64,000 nucleotides of DNA, from positions 398,244-462,243 of the forward strand of contig CDMY01000366.1 of the NCBI GenBank assembly GCA_001179505.1. The letters run 5' to 3'. A program made the translations under genes and the position numbers. The notes below the pieces were generated by a model. The model had not been told where the DNA came from and searched no databases. It saw only the letters and a program-made list of their open reading frames with translations. Shown here piece by piece: positions 61,063-64,000 of the stretch (within the stretch, counting starts at the first letter, position 1; every line of letters starts with the position of its first letter). The DNA is from Vitrella brassicaformis CCMP3155 (Eukaryota > Protista > Chromerida).

Positions 61063-62726
61063 AGGCACATCTTCCATCCACTCGATGAATGGTTGAATCT
61101 GTCCCTCTTTCGTCCGTACCATTGTCATCCCTCTGTTGCTGTTGCTGCTGTTGCTGTTGCTGCTGCTGTACTTGTCCGTCGAATACGAATGGCGCCACCG
61201 CCCCAAACGCCACGCGAGCCAACTGAGTGCTGACGGGGAAGCGGTGCTTGAAGGCACCACGCTCACACACAGCCAACTCAGTCGTCATGACAAAGACCCA
61301 CACTGCAGTCAAGGGGAAGGAAGAACGCTCATGACATTTGACCATCAATCAGCACTCCTTCTCTGCCATTCTGACCGGTGTTGCCTTGATGACCCCAGAC
61401 GGTGGGGCCTTCATCCCAGATGCGAATCCATGCGACGAAGGGGTGACTGCCGTCAGTGAGCACCAGACATCGGATGCCACCAAACCCGTCCCAGCTCAGT
61501 CTGGTCGTGCAGCCGGCCACTGGTGTGTGGGGCGACTGGGTCAGCAGGCGATCCAAACGGCCGCCTCCCACACCCCTGAACAGACAGACACCACCAAATG
61601 ATTTGTGGGGTTCCTTCCCGACCCCATTGATTCCGTTGGCGTGTTACCTGTTGAGCGGAGTCCTTGTGACATTGATCCGGTGAGTATTGCTGAAGTGGTT
61701 GACGATCTTGGCCTTGGCGAACGATGAAACAGACGCATCGATGCGCTGTTCACCGAATAACACCAGTCGGACGATGTCGGTCGATTGAAAGATGTTGCGG
61801 TCTCTGGCCACCGGTGGGTCGTGTGGTTGTCGGTGCTGCTGGTACAGATGGCCGGCAGGGAGGGGCGGATCGACATTCAGCTCGAAGCCGGGCTTATCGA
61901 CAATGGCCCGCACCTGACCGTTGCCATGGTGGAACACCTGCAGGCAGGTGCCGTCACTGAAGCGGACGTGGCGGCCGATGATCTTGAGCTGCGCCAACAC
62001 ACGAGGAGCCGACACATACGCCTACACACACGAGAACACACACAGACACCACACAGAGAGAATGAGGTCGTCTCCCTCCCCCGCCCTCCCCGCCCCTCTG
62101 TTTGCCGGCTCACTGTTATGTTTGCGTGTGTGTTGACGTCAGCACTACTGAGGGTCACAGGCAGCTCACAGTTGCCGCACTGCGCCGCCAGCTCAATCAC
62201 CTCGCCCATCTCCACCCATGGCCCCTCCTCCACCACACACACAGCCGCCAGCAGATCATGTGCGCCGAACTGGTCGTCGTCGAACCGCAGCAGCTGCACT
62301 TGCTGCCCATTCACCGCCCGCCGCAGCCCCGCCTGTGAGCCCAGCGAGTGGCTGAGCCGATCTCTCAGCTGAGCCGCTCCGAAGAACTCTCTGAGCCACG
62401 TGCAGGTGGCCCTCAGCCGCACGACGTCCTTGATGCTGCTGAAGAGGTAGAAGGTGCGGCGGCCGACGAAGATATACGAGAAGGGATGCTGCTGCTGATG
62501 CTGCGGTTGCTGCTGCGGCTGCTGCATCTGGGCTATGATGTGCTCGACGACAGCCTGCACAGAGCGACGGAGCCGACAAAGGATCATGTGCATCAAGCAT
62601 GCTGCTCATTGACTGTGTGCTGCTCACCTGGTTCGATGCTCAGACGGACAGATCAGCTTGCAGAGAACTGAATGCCGTACCTTCACCACCAGCAGCACCA
62701 GCAGCGACAGATGAGGAGGTCGCCAT
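59088..62726 (-). CDS. Same family, copy C (core plus at least two C-terminal exon modules); in-frame TGA at codon 29 of the longest model
   Basis: Core at 61100-62596 (FSYIFVGRRTFYLFSSIKDVVRLRATC...PRVLAQLKIIGRHVRFSDG...FKHRFPVSTQLARV). Module at 59865-60931 is repeated at 59088-59740 and runs into the gap. Confidence 0.7.
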
Positions 62727-63634
62727 CACCCCTCAACGACACGCCTGCAGCGATGGGCCGACAGACACACACAGACGGAGAGATGTCGACAGACAAGGAC
62801 GGCGAACGAATTGAGGCCAATGGATCAGTGAGCGCATCAGTGAGTCAGTCAGTGAGTGTTGGGCCTCCCTCACCTCTGTTTGGCTGTCAGCAGCAGCCGA
62901 GAGGATGATTCGAGTGATTTCTCTCGCCCGTTTGTCGGCCGAGTGCGTCACTCTCTCAACGCACAGCCTATCCGACAAGGCCGAGAGAGAAGTAACGAGT
63001 TGGCGTTGAGAAAGACCCGCATCTACGAGCCTATCGTGGGGTTAAAGGGTATGAAACCCTCTGACCCTTCAACCCTGAAGTTCATCGTTCGGCCTCCCAG
63101 TGTTTTGGCCCCTTTCTGCCGGTGCGCAGCCCTCCTGACGGCGCTGTGCCCTCCTGACTGGGCGATCGGGCGCTTGCTTGTGGCGTTTTGATACTTGGTT
63201 GTATGCCGAGGCCATCGATTGCATTGCTTGCATTGCACTGCAGCGCATCGATGAGTCTATGCACATCATCAGATGTCACCTTCCTGACCCTCCCTCCCCG
63301 CCTCTCCTCTGAGTGTGCCGGTGACCGACACGCCCAGCGATACCTCTGACACACACGGTCAAACGGACAGCCCACCTGTTTGTTCATCATCATTATCCGC
63401 ACACAATCACACCAAAAGCGACGCACACAGGCACGCACACACACACACACACATGCGGCCCAGGCAGCCATTGACGTGTGCATGAAGCCAACATGAAGCC
63501 GCACCACCGCCAAATGTATGTGTGGCTGCTACGTCCGTCGGCCCTCACCCACTCACTCACCCAGCCACTCAGCCACCCACCAGTCAGTCAGTCAGTCAGT
63601 CTATGTGTGCAATCAGTCCACTCAGCCAGCCTCG

Positions 63635-64000
63635 CTACTGGCCGCCCCCCTCTCGTGCAGCACTGCTGCCATCCGCCGCCCGCGGCCACATTACTCCATC
63701 TGTCCGCCCAGCCGTGTTGGCCGTGGCGCCGTTGTGCACGTGATACTGATAGTGCTGCAGTGGTGGTGGCTGTTGGCTCACATGTGCTGGGGCCGGTGCG
63801 GGGCGGTGTGGCGACGTCAGCACTAACGGCGGGCCGGGCGATGCACTGCCAAACCGCCCGGCACCAGGGTGAGGGAGTGCAATGAGGTGGGGCGGGGCAG
63901 CGGGGGGAGCTGGCTGGGCGGCAAACAGAGGCGGGTGGGGGGGTAAGATGGGACGGGGCTGTGGGTAGAAGTGGCTGGCTATGTTGGGCATCAGGTAGTC
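63635..64000 (-). CDS. Same family, copy D, last exon only (rest outside window)
   Basis: YLMPNIASHFYPQPRPILPPHPPLFAAQP... is nearly identical to the last exon of copy A; flank 63210-63630 matches 53630-53990. Confidence 0.75.
   Translation of the reverse strand, partial: DYLMPNIASHFYPQPRPILPPHPPLFAAQPAPPAAPPHLIALPHPGAGRFGSASPGPPLVLTSPHRPAPAPAHVSQQPPPLQHYQYHVHNGATANTAGRTDGVMWPRAADGSSAAREGGGQ

Noticed and set aside
1-64000. Transposase, reverse transcriptase, tRNA or rRNA genes
   Set aside because: No recognisable motifs or structures were seen. Small non-autonomous elements cannot be excluded by eye.

Overview
Eukaryotic, GC-rich, intron-dense genomic DNA whose introns carry (GT)n/(CTGT)n/(GATG)n microsatellites. 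Gene families and intron style suggest a chromerid alveolate such as Vitrella (inference, no search run). The first ~32 kb is single-copy housekeeping genes: TM9SF, an RCC1-repeat protein, a RING protein, a coiled-coil protein, a calmodulin/myosin-light-chain-like protein, a START protein, an intronless alpha-carbonic anhydrase, a signal-peptide-bearing DEAD-box helicase, a CRM/YhbY protein, a large RS/Pro-rich protein and a TMEM33-like protein. Most are arranged as tight head-to-head pairs, and the octamer TGCGAGCT recurs between their start codons. From 34.6 to 41.7 kb there is a ~4.3-kb tandem duplication of a decayed HAD-like gene plus a secreted RRL-motif protein gene. EXO1 and an SH3+MYND gene follow, then a disrupted ORF. 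From 53.6 kb to the end is a tandem array of a lineage-expanded family with variable numbers of a C-terminal exon module, interrupted by a 300-N gap. Top leads: the helicase/CRM pair (with a ZNF598/Hel2-PAH-like domain), the promoter octamer, the duplicated cassette with independent frameshifts at one site, and the modular F-box-like family. Exon boundaries were read by eye and family calls come from recognised motifs, not database searches.
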